A stretch of 64,000 nucleotides of DNA from assembly GCF_009914755.1 (NCBI RefSeq), contig NC_060927.1; one strand, written 5' to 3'. The notes beneath the pieces were generated by a model, which saw only the letters and a list, made by a program, of their open reading frames with translations, made no database searches and was not told the DNA's origin. Positions within the stretch are counted from its first letter, which is position 1, and each line of letters opens with the position of its first letter. Position numbers and translations under genes: made by a program. Shown piece by piece: positions 12,650-25,605 of this stretch. The stretch comes from the human T2T-CHM13v2.0 reference genome, Homo sapiens.

Positions 12650-15100
12650 AATTTGACAATCATAAGGAATGGTCAAGTTCCTATGAAAAATACCTACTTT
12701 TATGAAATGATCAGAAAAAAACTAGAAAAACTGAGTAGTTTTTTTTTCATTGTAGAAATTTTATTTAGAAAATTTTTTTTTCCTGTAGAAAGAACTCCAG
12801 GGCTAGGTGGATGCAATATTTAATAAAGAAATATTACCAAATATTTAATAAAGAAATAATGCCAATGTTACATGAATATTTTTAGAGAATTGGGAAGACA
12901 TAACACTTTCCAACTTGTTTTATATGGTGGTACCTCCATGATAGTAAAACCATACAAGGATATTAAAAGAAATGAAATTACAGACTAATATACTACATAA
13001 TAATTCTAAACAAAAATGTTTGCAAATATAATCCAACAATATACTCCAAAGAAAAATACATCGTGACTAAGTGCAGTAATTTCAAGAATGTATGGTTTAA
13101 AATTAGAAAACCAAACAATGAAATTAACCACATTAACTGAATAAAAGAAAAAAATATGGTTATTTCAATAGCTGTGGGAAAAGCACTTGTTCACATTTGA
13201 AACTATTTGTAATAATAACAAACTAGGAATAGAAGAGAACTGATGTAAATATCTTAATATATACACAAAAACTACTCTCAACATTATAAATAATCATGAC
13301 ATATTAAACAGTTTCATTCTAACACGAGGAACAAGGTACACATGTCCAGCTCAACACTTTATTCATCATTAAAATAATACTGTGCAGTAAAATTAACAAG
13401 GAAAATTTTAAAAAGAACACAAAAGAAAACTACAAATCCTTATCCCTGATCAACACAGATGTAAAAATACTCAACAAAATTCTAGCAAACTGAAGCTAAC
13501 AACACATCAAAAAGATAATTCATCATGATCAAGTGGGCTTTATTCCAGGGGTGCTTGAATGGTTCAAAATAGACAAATCAATAAACATGATTCACCACAT
13601 AAATGGAACTGAGAACAAAAACCCTATGATCATCTCATTAGATGCAGAATAAGCATTTGATAAAATCCAACATCTGTTTATGATAAAAACCCTCAACAAT
13701 ATAGGTATAGATGGAGTATACCTCAAAAAATGAGTCATCTATGACAAAGCCACAGCCAACATCATCCTGGATGGGCAAAAGTTAGAAGTGTTGCTTCTAG
13801 AAACTGGAAAAAAGCAAGGATGTTCACCTTCTTCATTCCTATTCAATACAGTACTGGAAGTGCTAGCCAGAACTATCAGAAAGGAGAAAGAAATAAAAGG
13901 TATACAAATTAGAAAAGAAGTCAAATGATCTCTGCTCACTGATGACATGACTGTAGGCCTAGAAAACCCTAAAGTCTTCAGAAGACTCCTAGACTTGATA
14001 CACGACTTCAGTAAAGTCTTGGGATAAACAAGCCACAAAAATCAGTTGTATTTCTATACACCAAATACATTCAAGCTGTTTGAATGTTTGTTGAGATTAA
14101 TTTGTTGAGAACCAAATTAAGAACTCAACTGAATTTACAATAGCCATGAAAAATACCTAGGAATGCATAACTATATAAATGAAAGATCTCTACAAAGAGA
14201 ACTACAAAATACTAATGAAAGAAATTATAGATGACATAAACAAATGGAAAAACATCCCATGCTCATGGATTAGAAAAATCAATAGCTAAAGTGACCATAT
14301 CACCCATACAATCTATAGAGTTAATGCAATTCCCATCAAATTACCAACGTTATTTCTCACAAAATTAAAAAAAAATCCTAAAGTTCACATGGAGCCAAAA
14401 AAAGATCCCTAATAGCCAAAGCACTTCTAAGCAAAAAACAAAGCAAAACAAAACAAAGCCCCCAGAGCAAAAGACAAATATGGTTCCTACAAATGAAGAC
14501 CAACGGTAATGCTTATCTGTTCGTGGTAGAAGTGTAAATTGGTAGGATTGTTAAAAAAAATAGTGTAGCATCTCATGGTAATGTTGAATAACTCAATAAT
14601 TTTACTTTTAAATATATACCCCAGAGGATATCTTGCACATATGAACCAGGTGATTTACAAAAGAATGTTCATAGCAGCATTGTTTGTAATGGTTAAAAAC
14701 TGGAAAAATTTCAAGTGTTCATCAACAATAGATCTGAGGAATGAAGTCCGACATATTCATGTAGTGGAATATCATATAGCAATACGAATGGATGAATTAC
14801 ACCAACATTCAACAAGGTTGTAATATGCAAACTTATTATTGAATCAAGGTGAAAGTACCTTCTGATAAAGGTGAAAGAACTTCTACAAAATAATTTCATT
14901 TATATAAGTTTCAAAGAACCAAACTAAATAATGCATCACTTGAGAACCATTAAAGTCTATTAAAAAACACATACAATGCAATGGAAGGACAGTGGTCATA
15001 TCCAGCAGGAAATAAAGGAGAACACAATTGGCAAGGAGCACCCAATGGGCGTCTAAGGCACTAGTAAAGTTCTATTTTGTTTCCAATCCTCCAAGACATC
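12650..15100 (+). mobile_element. Mosaic of old L1 ORF2 and 3'-end fragments (L1M/L1PB/L1ME-like)
   Basis: Decayed RT motifs, e.g. catcatgatcaagtgggctttattccagggg ([10 protein letters not shown]) at ~13520. Confidence 0.7.
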
Positions 15101-15103
15101 TAG

Positions 15104-15253
15104 TTTTTTTTATTTTTCTGAGACATGGTGGCCCAGGCTGGAGTACGATAGTGTGATCTTGGCTCACTGCAACCTGTGTCCTGGGCTTAAGTGATCCTCC
15201 CACCTCGGCCTCCCAAAGTACTGGGATTACAGGTGTGAGCCACCATGGCCGGC
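15104..15253 (-). mobile_element. Alu monomer (FRAM/FLAM-like or recombined Alu)
   Basis: gcccaggctggagt...ctcggcctcccaaagtactgggattacaggtgtgagccacc with a T tail. Confidence 0.85.
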
Positions 15254-15529
15254 AAATGTTCTATTTCATATCCTGTATGGTGGACACATAGATGTTCTCT
15301 TTTTTATTATTCCTTGAACACTAAGTATATGTTTATTTATATTCTCTGTGGAATACCTCCTTATTTCTCAGTCAATTCAGGATACCTCCTTACCCCCATC
15401 CCCTTTTTACTTTTCGTCATGTCATATAGTTTCTGAGATATAGAAAAGCTTACATATTATCCTGTCATCAAAGCGGCATGGAGGCATTTGGTAGAATAAA
15501 TATTATTTGTTGATTATTCATCCTTTCCT

Positions 15530-16525
15530 TTCACTTTACAGAGTCAATCAAACACTAGGTCATGTTAATTTTACTGTCACACACATATCTTGAATTTGCC
15601 TCCTTATCTCTATTTCCACTATTCAGTTCAGACCTTGATAATCACTCATCTGCATTGTAGTTGCATTTTTCTAATTATTCTGTTTCTAGTCTTGTTTTAA
15701 AATCTTTTTTTCCTCCCACAATGCAGCTAGAGTGGTCAATTTAAAGCATCATCTATCTCAAGAACAAAAAACCAAACACCGCATGTTTTCACTCATAGGT
15801 GGGACTTGAACAATGAGAACACTTGGACACAGGAAGGGGAATATCACACACCGCGGCCTGTTGTGGGGTTGGGGGAGGGGGGAGGGATAGCATTAGGAGA
15901 CATACCTAATGTAAATGATGAGTTAATGGGTGCAGCACACCAACACGGCACATGTATACATATGTAACCTGCACGTTGTGCACATGTACCCTAGAACTTA
16001 AAGTATAATAAAAATAAATATTAAAAAAAGAAGCATCATCTTTATTAAAACATTTAATGGTCCTACTATTCCTTATGCTATAAATTTCTTATAATTTAAT
16101 AAATATTTTTCCATAATTGTGACTCTCTTCTATAGCTCTTGTTACTCCCGATATTCTTCTAATTATCAGGCAGTAGCACAAAGCTGCTTACACCTCTTTA
16201 CACATCTCTTTATTTTAGGCCTCCTTGCATTTGCTCATGCTGTTCCTTTTTGTTTGAAAAACTTACACATTTCTTCATTTGGTTAATCCTTGCACACTTT
16301 CAAGATTCATTTGAGGCCTCATTGACTTTGGAAACCTTCCCTGTAATCTTGTATTATTAATTTATCTTAGTTTTCACTTATTAGCTCTTATTAGATTACT
16401 GTCCTTACGTGTGTAACTCTCCCACTAGACAGTAAGCTTTTGGACGGCAGAGATGATGTCTCATTCATCTTTGCATCTTTAGCGCCCAGCCTGGTTTCTG
16501 GTTTCCTATAGTCACTCAGTGTTGA
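15530..16525 (+). mobile_element. L2 3' fragment interrupted by a short L1PA
   Basis: L2-like motifs gcatttgctcatgctgttcc and ctcccactagacagtaagcttttggacggcaga. Confidence 0.65.
15755..16030 (+). mobile_element. 5'-truncated L1PA4/5-like 3' end
   Basis: ORF2 end, 3'UTR and A tail; TSD aagcatcatct at 15744-15754 and 16031-16041. Confidence 0.95.
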
Positions 16526-17457
16526 GCTAAACCATATTTTTGGAGCAATGACTTGACAATGCAGTATCATGATGGAACTATCACAGATGGACAGAATGAG
16601 TCTCTTGATTCCTACATTTATTTTTCTATTGATATAGCTGATTTAAAAAGAAACCTGTTAATTATATAATCATGTAATTACCCTGACATAACATCAAACT
16701 CCATAAATTACTTTCCATCTCTGCCTCTCTCTCTTTCTATATATATAACATATACATGTTACAAAAATGCACAGGGAATAAATATGAGCAAAATGGTAAG
16801 AAGTGCAGGTCCTAGGTCAGATTTCTTGCATTTAGTTGCAGGCTACACCAACTTTAGAGAAAAGATTTAGTGAAAAATAAAAATGAATCATTAATACACC
16901 ACTTGGCACAGATAAGTTATTCAGTAAACATTAACATATTTGCATTTATGTTTAACCATGGGCTTAAGTGATTATCCAGAAATCTCCCTCTCTTTGACTA
17001 TGTTTGAATATTAGATACTTCTTAATTTATCTTTGCTCTGAATTTGTTTTTTTTCACTCGTTGTATACTCATGGACCATTTTATGTGTTTCAGGAATTGA
17101 TATTTTATTTAAAAACTGTTACTATAGAAAATTAACTTTTGGATAGTCCTGTTCAGACTAAAACTATCATTTGTAAGATCTGTATTACTGCAATCATTGG
17201 TGTTAATACTTTGCATTAATTAAAATTTTTTATGGACATATAATAAGTATTTCTCCCACCTTGATTTTTGTGGCTATCATTTTATTCATTCCATTGCTTT
17301 TTTCTCCCAGTTTGCTATGAGGAAGTTGATAAGTACGTAGGCAAAACGATAGATTGTTTTGGCAGCTTCAGTGTATTTAAGTGCCTGTGATGAGGCTATG
17401 GTTTATTTTTCTAATGTAGAATTCATAATGTAGAATAAATTTTAAAAACATAAATTT

Positions 17458-17527
17458 TATTCCTGCACATTGTGCACATGTACCCTAGAACTTAAAGTAT
17501 GATAAAAATATACATATATAACAAATT
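17458..17527 (+). mobile_element. 70-bp L1PA terminal insertion
   Basis: cctgcacattgtgcacatgtaccctagaacttaaagta plus a decayed tail; TSD aaaaacataaattt at 17444-17457 and 17528-17541. Confidence 0.9.
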
Positions 17528-20500
17528 AAAAACATAAATTTCTTTGCACAGCTTTTTCTTTCTGCTATTTTTATTCAATGATTATTTGCTTCCCTTGTTA
17601 TTTAAGAGCTGACTTTTGGCTTCATGGCCAAAAATAAAATTCTTAGTAGGAGAAAGTAAATGTGATTTACTGATGAAGATGCCACCCCCAAGTGACCCAT
17701 TAACCACTTTCCCTGCGTTACCCTGGGACAACCAAAGTGATTCCAGGAGACAATTCCCATGACAAGTGATTTCTGGCTGGCAATGCCAGGTCTCTGAAGT
17801 TCCACTTGGCCACTGCCCAAGAACAATTAGTGCCGTTAGTTAACTACCTTTACTATGACAGCATTTTGTGTAACTCTTTGCACAGGGGAGTTTTATGCAA
17901 CAGACAGAAACTTTCTGAGTTGTTCTGATTGCCTGAAGATGCCCTGTTTTAGAGGAGCAAAATTTTCCCTGTTTACTGTGTTTCAGTGTTAAAAATATGA
18001 ATGCATTGTCAGGATTAGCTCTGGCAATGGTAGTTAAATGCAGATATCCAGACAAAGGAGGTTATAGATTGGAGACTTTGTGCTACTTGATAATGAAGCC
18101 TTGGTTTTGATTTTATGTATTTTTAAGTTGAAAAACAAAACACACACACACAATACAAAACATGGCACAAAACAAACTTATAGTTTGATTTTTGTAAACA
18201 TCCCTGTAATCATCACATAAGTCAAGATATAGGACTTTGCCAGCCCTGAAGTCCTGCATGTGACTCTCCTCAGTTGCAGCCACCTTTCTCCTGAAAAGTG
18301 ACGATAAACGTGACTGTTCCAGTAGAGGCGTCCTTGCATTTTCACGGCTGTGTCCTTCATGCATGCATTCCAAGACACTATGATTTAGTCTTGCGCATTT
18401 GTTTTCATTTGTCGTGTTTTTAAAATCCCTTCTAACATACAGGTTTCTTTTCAAAGTTTTCTTTCCCATACAATATATTTGTTGAAAAATGTGGGATTTT
18501 TGTCACTTGATGTCCACACTGTGAAATTTGCTGGTGAGACTCTCAGTGAAGATCGACATTTTCACTATCCTTTGCGTTTTATCCAAATGACAGTTGAATC
18601 CAGAGGTTTGACTAGGACACGTGCTTGGTTCTATTTTTGGTAAGATTGTAGGTGATGGTGTGTTCATTCACCAGGAGGTTTAATTATGGCTTTTATCTTA
18701 GCACCTACTACTACTTTCTACTAACACCTGTTAATACAAAGAAAGTTAATATTTTCTACTAGCACCTGTTAATCCTCAATATGTATAGATAGGATATGTA
18801 TAGACACACGTGTGTCTATGCATATAATATATAATATGTACATATTATATTTTTTTAAGAGAAGGAAAGAGCATGTGAGAGAGCACATTGCATATTTATG
18901 TTGATAATACTGATTCTAATGTAACTCAGTGGGCTGCTTCTTTCCTTGTCTTATTCCATATCTGTATCTCTGTCCTTTCACAGTGAGAATCTGGGGTTCT
19001 AGCAATACAAATATATTAATATTTACTCATTGGCTTAATCTTACAATGCACATACATTTGTTTCAGAATTGTTATATTTATACTAATATAAAAAGAAAAA
19101 ATCCTATCATGAAGATTTAATAATTTTTTGCAGATATTTTATTTTTTCAAGCAATAGTATGTAGTCAAAGTATGTTCAAAAGTCAATTTGAAATAAGAGA
19201 ACAGTCAAAAATTAATCAGATTAATTATTATTTTCCCCTTAAGTTTGATTATGTCATTCATTCATTTGAAATATATTTGGATTCACTTGTTTCTCATTGC
19301 ATTCGGTTTTAGAGTCTTGTAATAACTTATCTTTGCTTGCTTAATATCACACTTTGAGAGTGTAAAAGATTAACTTAATTAAAAATGTACAATTATGCAC
19401 AAAAGCATTCACAGAGCAATATCCCATTCTCCCATATTTCTTTCACCAAATTCCCCTCTAATTCTTTATAGATAATACATGTTTTCAGATTCTGGTACAT
19501 TTTGGCTACATTTGTTTGTTTCATGCTTGTATTTTTGGTGTATTATCTAAGAATGCATTGCCAATCCACAGCAATGTTTTATTTCCATGTTTTCTTCTAA
19601 GCATGTATGGTTTTCACTCGTATATTTACATTATTGATCCAATCTAGATTTTGTATATAATGTGAGGTAGGGGTCCAGCTTCATTTTTTTTTCATATGAA
19701 TATTCAGTATTCCCAGCACTTTTTGTTGAAAAAGCTATTATTCCCCACTGAATAATGTTGGCTCCCTTGTAAAAAAAAGTCAGCTGAATAGAGATGTTTT
19801 GCTTAGTCTATGTAAAAGTATATTAATTTTATTGATATTTTAAAAGAACCAACTTTTAGTTTTGTTGATCTCTGTATAATTTTTTAATTCTCAATTTCAT
19901 TTATCTCTGCTCTAATCTTTATTTCCTTCCTTCTGCTAGCTCTGGATTTTGTTTGCTCTTCCTTTTATGGTTTATTGAGTAAAGTTTGGTTATTGATTTG
20001 ACATGTTTCTTTTTTAAAATGTAGGTGTTACAACTCTGAGCACTGCTTTTGATATATCACACCCATCTTGTTATATCTTTGTTTTCAATCGTCTCTAAAC
20101 ATTTTCTAATTTCCCTCATGATTTGTTCTTTGATTCATTGGTTGGTAAATACTGTGTTGTTTAATTTCCAAATATTTGTAAATTTTCTAGTTTTTCTTTT
20201 GTTATTGATATCTTATTTCATTCCATTGTGGTCAGTGAAGATACTTTGCATGATTTCAATCTTTTTAAGTTTATTGAGCTTATCTTATGGCCTAACATAT
20301 CATCTGTGCTGGAGAATGTTCCATGTTCACTTGAGAAGAATGTGTATTCTGCAGTTTTTGAGAGAAGTGTTATCTATAGTTATTGCTTATAGTTTTATTC
20401 AAATCCTCTAATTCCTCCCTTGATATTTGCTCTGGATGTTTTGTCCTTTATTAAAGTTGGGTTTTAAAATGCCCAACAATTTTCGTGGAATTGTCTGTCT

Positions 20501-21446
20501 CTCCCTTTAATTCTCTCAATGGTTACATTATATATTTTGGAGCCCTGTTAGTTGGTGTACATATATTTATAATTGTTATATCTTCTTGTTTAATTTTGAA
20601 ATCAATATATACTGTTCTTTGTATTTTGTAACAGTTTTTGACTTAAAGTCTATTTTGTCTGATATAAGTATATTTGCCTCAGATCTCCTTTGGTTATTAC
20701 TTACATGGAATATTTTCTCCCATCCTTTCATTTCAACTCATTGTGTATTTTGATCTAAAGTGAGTATCTTGTGGACAATATAGTTGGATCATTTTTTAAA
20801 AATCCATTCTGTCAATCTCTTTCTTTGGATTGGAGAGTTTAATTCATTTGTATTTAATGTAATTACTGATAAAGAGGGGCTTACTCCTACCATTTTGCTT
20901 TTGTTTTCTGTATGTCTTATACCTCCTTTGTTCCTAATTTCCTCAATTATCGCCTTCTTTTGTGTTTAGTTGCTATTTTGTAGCATATCACTGTGTTTAC
21001 CCTCTGCTTTCCTTTTCTGTATTTTCAAAAGATATTAACTTAGTGGTTACCATGGGGATTTACAATTAACATTCTTAATTTGGAACAATTTAGAGTAAAT
21101 TGAAACAACTTCAATAGTATACAAAATCTCTATTATTATTTAGTTTCCTATGAATTTCTTTATGTTGGTAATTTCACAAACCACATCTTTATACATCATG
21201 CTTCATTAACATAGATTTATAGTCATTATTTTACACATTTGTTTTAAAACATATAGAATATTTAAAAAGACTTACAAAAAATATGATAATTCCTTTTATA
21301 TTTACCTATGTAGTTATCCTTACTGGAGTTATTTCTTTATGTGGTTTTGAGTTACTTTCTAGTGTTTTTTAGTTTGTATCTGAAGGAGTCTTTTTTTTTT
21401 TAAAGTGTATCTTGAAGTACAGCCTACCAAACATGAACTTTTAAAG

Positions 21447-21481
21447 CTTGCTTGCTTTTCTTTCTTTCTTTTCTTTCTTTC

Positions 21482-21529
<48 letters not shown>

Positions 21530-21672
21530 TTTCTTTCTTTCTTTCTTTCTTTCTTTCTTTTTCTTTCTCTCCCTTTCTTTCTCTCTCTTCTTTCTTTCTT
21601 TCTTTTTCTTTCTCTCCCTTTCTTTCTCTCTCTTCTTTCTTTCTTTCTCTTTCTCTCTCTCTTTTTTTTTTT
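21447..21672. repeat. Compound (CTTT)n/(CT)n polypyrimidine tract
   Basis: About 225 nt almost entirely C/T on the + strand. Confidence 0.97.
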
Positions 21673-21778
21673 AATCTGGGAATGTGTAATTTATCCTTAA
21701 TACTTGAAGGGGCATCTTCCAAGTTACAGAATTTTTGGTTGACAGTGTTTTTTTCTTTCAGAACTTTAAAATGTCATT

Positions 21779-21953
21779 CTAAGCTCTTCTGGCACCCATG
21801 GTTTATCATGAGCTCTCTGCTGTCAAACTTACTGAGGATCCTTTGTAAATGATGCATTGCCTTTTTCCTAAGCTCTTCTGGCATCCATGGATTATAATGC
21901 ACTATCTGCTGTCAAACTTATTGAGGATCCTTTGTAAATGACGCGTTGCCTTT
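21779..21953. repeat. Diverged tandem duplication, 2 x 89 bp
   Basis: ctaagctcttctggca...ctgctgtcaaactta.tgaggatcctttgtaaatga starts at 21779 and again at 21868. Confidence 0.92.
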
Positions 21954-23768
21954 CTCTTGCTGCTTTCAAACATTCGCTTTGCCTTTTGACAATTTGAAAC
22001 ATAGTGTGTCTTGGTGTGAATATCTTTGTATATTTCCTTGATGAAGTTCACTGAGCTTTTTGAATGTATATATTTGTTTTTAGTGAAATTTGGGAAGCTT
22101 TCAAACACATTTCTTCAAATAGTCTTCCTGCCCCTCACTCCCCACCAGGATTCTGTATGTAGGCATTCTTGATGTTGTTACACAGGTCTTTAGGCTCTAT
22201 TCTTTTTTGTTGTCATTCTTTCATTTTCCTGCTCTTCAGACTGAATCATTTCACTTGATCTATCAAGTTCACTGATTCTTTTTTCCAGCTGCTCAAATCT
22301 TCTATTGGAACCCTAAGTAAAAAGTAACTTTTTAATTAGTTATTGTACTTTTCAGCCTCAGAATTTTTTTGTACCTTTTAAAAAATTCATATTTCTTATT
22401 TATTTATATGTCATTCTCTTGGGTTTCTTTAGCTCTTTAAGTTTATTTAAGACAGTTATATAAAGTTTTTGTCTAATATTTCCAATATCTGCTTACTCAG
22501 GGAGAGTCTCATTTATTTCTTCTGTAAATGGGCCATAGTTTTGTGTTTATTTGCATGCTTCTTAATTTTTGTTGAAAACTGGACATTTTGGATATTATAA
22601 TGTGTTTATTCTGGAAACCAAATTTTTCCCTTCTTCAAGGTTATTTTTGTTACCCACTGTGGGATGTAGTTTTTATTTGTTTAGTAACTTTTGTAAACTG
22701 GTTTTGTAATATCTGCATTCTTTTTTATGTTTGATGTTTGAAGGCGGCTCGGTTCCTTTAGCTTGTGTTCATTTAGCATTTAGTGATTTAAAAATGATTT
22801 CCTTGACTGCAAGTAGCCAAAAAAGAAAAAAATATGAAAAACATCTCCCAGACTTTGCTTACTGACTCTGTATTGGGGCTCCCTCAACACTTAGCGGAGC
22901 CATGTATAATTCTGCCTTAGCCTTCATTTTTTCTTGCTGTGAGCCTAGGAATTACTAAAGGTGAGTTATTAGTGTCTTCTCAGGCCTTTTCTGAGCATGT
23001 GTCCCACCTTGGCCATGCTTATGGATTTCCAAATTTTTCATTGTATGTAAGCACTTTTGAGTATTCGAATTTCCCAAAGGAACTTTCTCTCCTGCTTTTT
23101 CCTCAAGTTTTCAGTACAGTATATCTTGCCTCAATTGTAATATTTTGCCGCAAATGGCTGAGGGTTGTTAATTTGCCTTTGGACGATCTGATTTCTAAAG
23201 GTTTGGTGGAATTCTCCGTGAAAACATCTAAACCTAGTGTTTGTGTGTGTGTTATAATTCCATGACAACTGTATTTCTCTATGGAAATTGCTCACATAAG
23301 TGCTGTACTTCTTTTTTTTTTTTTTGAAGTCAGTTGTGGTGAATTGTATTTTTCTAAAAAATTACCCATTCCCTCTAGCTTTCAATGTTTTTCATAGATG
23401 TGAACAACATTGTTTTTAATGATTTTTTATTTGCTGATTATCAATAGTTATTTCTCTCACCATTCCTTATTCATTTTTGTGCTTTCTCTTTTTTTTTATT
23501 CATGATTAAAAGATCTAATTTTTTTGTCAACTTTGTTGATTTGTTTAAAGAACAAGATTTTTGGTTTACTGATTTGATCTGTTTTTTGGCTTCTTATTTT
23601 ATTAATTTTCACTTTTTTCTACTTTGGGTTCTTTCTTGTACTTTCTGCTTACTCTTTTAGATACTTTTTACATTTTTCAGCTGATAATTTAATTCCTACA
23701 CTTTTATTAATAAATGTGTTAAGGCTATAGATTTTCCTCTGATCACTGCTTTAACTGTATCCCATATA

Positions 23769-24748
23769 CAGATGCTCCTTGATGTATGATGAAGTTATGT
23801 CTCAACAAACCCCCGTAAACTGAAAATATCATAAGTTAAAAATGCATTTAGCACACCGAAAATTATAGGTTGGCCTAGCTTACTTTGAACATGCTCAGAA
23901 CATTTAGATTAGACTTCAGTTGGTCAAAATAATCTAACAAAATGTCTAAATAAAGTATTGAATAACTGATATTTATTAAATATGGTACTGAAAATAAGAA
24001 ACAGAATGGTTGTATGGGTACTTATCATTAATGTACGTAGCTGAAATTACACAGGGCCTGAAGAATTTTTGAAGCATTGAGCTAAGGTTAATTGCTGAAT
24101 GATGGGACTAATACTTTGACACAGTCAGTCTCTGTCTCTTCCGATCATGAGGGTTGAGAATAGCTGGTAGAAAGTATTGATGCCTGTTGATGGTAGGCAG
24201 GCATTATGTTCTTCAGGAAGATATCAAGATGGATTATCTACCTTTATTATCATTTGGCTGGCTGGAAGCTGCAGCTCACCGCTGTTGCACAACATTGTGA
24301 GAGAGCATTGTGCCACATATTGGTAGTCCAGGAAAATATCAAAATTCAAAATTCGGAGTCGGGTTTCTTTCTTTTTTTTGAGATGGAGTCTCACTCTGTT
24401 GCCAGGCTGGAGGCAGTGGCACGATCTCGGCTCACTGCAACACCTCCGACTCCCTGGTTCAAGTGATTCTCCTGCCTCAGCCTCCCGAATAGCTGGGATT
24501 ACAGGCACGCACCACAATGCCCAGCTAATTTTTGTATTTTTAGGAGAGACGGGGTTTCACCATGTTGGCCAGGATGGTCTTGATCTCTTGACCTTGTGAT
24601 CCGCCCTCCTCGGCCTCCCAAAGTGCTAGGATTACAGGCGTGACCCACTGCGCCCATCCTGGAGCATGGTTTCTAATGAATGGATATCACTTTCACACCA
24701 CCATAAAGCTGAAAAATGGTTGAACCATTGTAACTTGAAAACAGTTTG
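23769..24748 (+). mobile_element. Tigger5/MER47-family DNA transposon (TcMar-Tigger) with an internal AluSc
   Basis: TA|CAGATGCTCCT... start and ...AACAGTTTG|TA end; MER47-like arms plus extra internal sequence. Confidence 0.85.
24369..24659 (-). mobile_element. AluSc
   Basis: Full dimer with the tgttgccaggc and gatctcttgaccttgtgatcc variants. Confidence 0.93.
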
Positions 24749-24819
24749 TATTCTGGTATGCACTGTTTTATTATCACTATTCAGAATATTTATGTCTTGT
24801 TTTTGTATTTCCACTGTCA

Positions 24820-25605
24820 TCCTTGTGTTTGGTTTTTTTTCTTGCTGATTTGTTCCAATTCTTTGTAGATTCTGGATATTAGTCCTCTGTTGGATGCATA
24901 GTTTGTGAAGATTTTCTCCCACTCTGTGGGTTGTCTGTTTACTCTGCTGATTATTTATTTTGATGTGCAGAAGGCTTTCAGTTTAATTAAGTCCCATCTA
25001 TTTATCTTTGTTGTGTTTGCTTTTGGGTTCTTGATTGTGAAGTCTTTGCCTAAGCCAATGTCTAGAAGGGTTTTTCCAATCTTATCTTCTAGAATTTTTA
25101 TGGTTTCAGGTCTTAGATTTAAGTCTGTGAACCATCTTGAGTTGATTTGTTTATAAGGTGAGAGATGAGGATCCAGTTGCATTCTTCTACATGTGGCTTG
25201 CCAATTATACCAGCACCATTTGTTGAATAGGGTGTCCTTTCCCCACTTTATGTTTTTGCTTGCTTTGTCAAAGATCAGTTGGCTGAAAGTATTTGGCTTT
25301 ATTTCTGGGTTCTCTATTCTATTCCATTGGTCTATATGCCTATTTTTATACCAGTACCATGCTGTTTTGGTGACTATGGCCTTATAGTATAGTTTGAAGT
25401 CGAGTAATGTGATGCCTCTAGATTTATTCTTTTTGCTTAGTCTTGCTTTGGCTATGTGGGCTCTTTTTTGGTTCCATGTGAATTTTAGCCTTGTTTTTTC
25501 TAGTTCTGTGAAGAATGATGGTGGTATTTTGATGGGAATTGCATTGAATTTGTAGGTTGCTTTTGGCAGTATGGTCGTTTTCACACTGTTGACTCTATCA
25601 TTCAT
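24820..25605 (-). mobile_element. L1PB-like ORF2 C-terminal-half fragment
   Basis: 216-aa [20 protein letters not shown]...[19 protein letters not shown]. Confidence 0.9.

Larger units (their letters stand above)
19500..23170 (-). mobile_element. Old L1M: ORF2 endonuclease region, ORF1 and 5' region
   Basis: Antisense EN-domain motifs (gtggtcagtgaagatac, gagaatgttccatg) and an ORF1-like translation in ORF 21902-22108; boundaries approximate. Confidence 0.7.

Noticed and set aside
21405-21852. Hydrophobic F/L/S-rich and K/E/R-rich ORFs
   Set aside because: Translations of the (CTTT)n tract.
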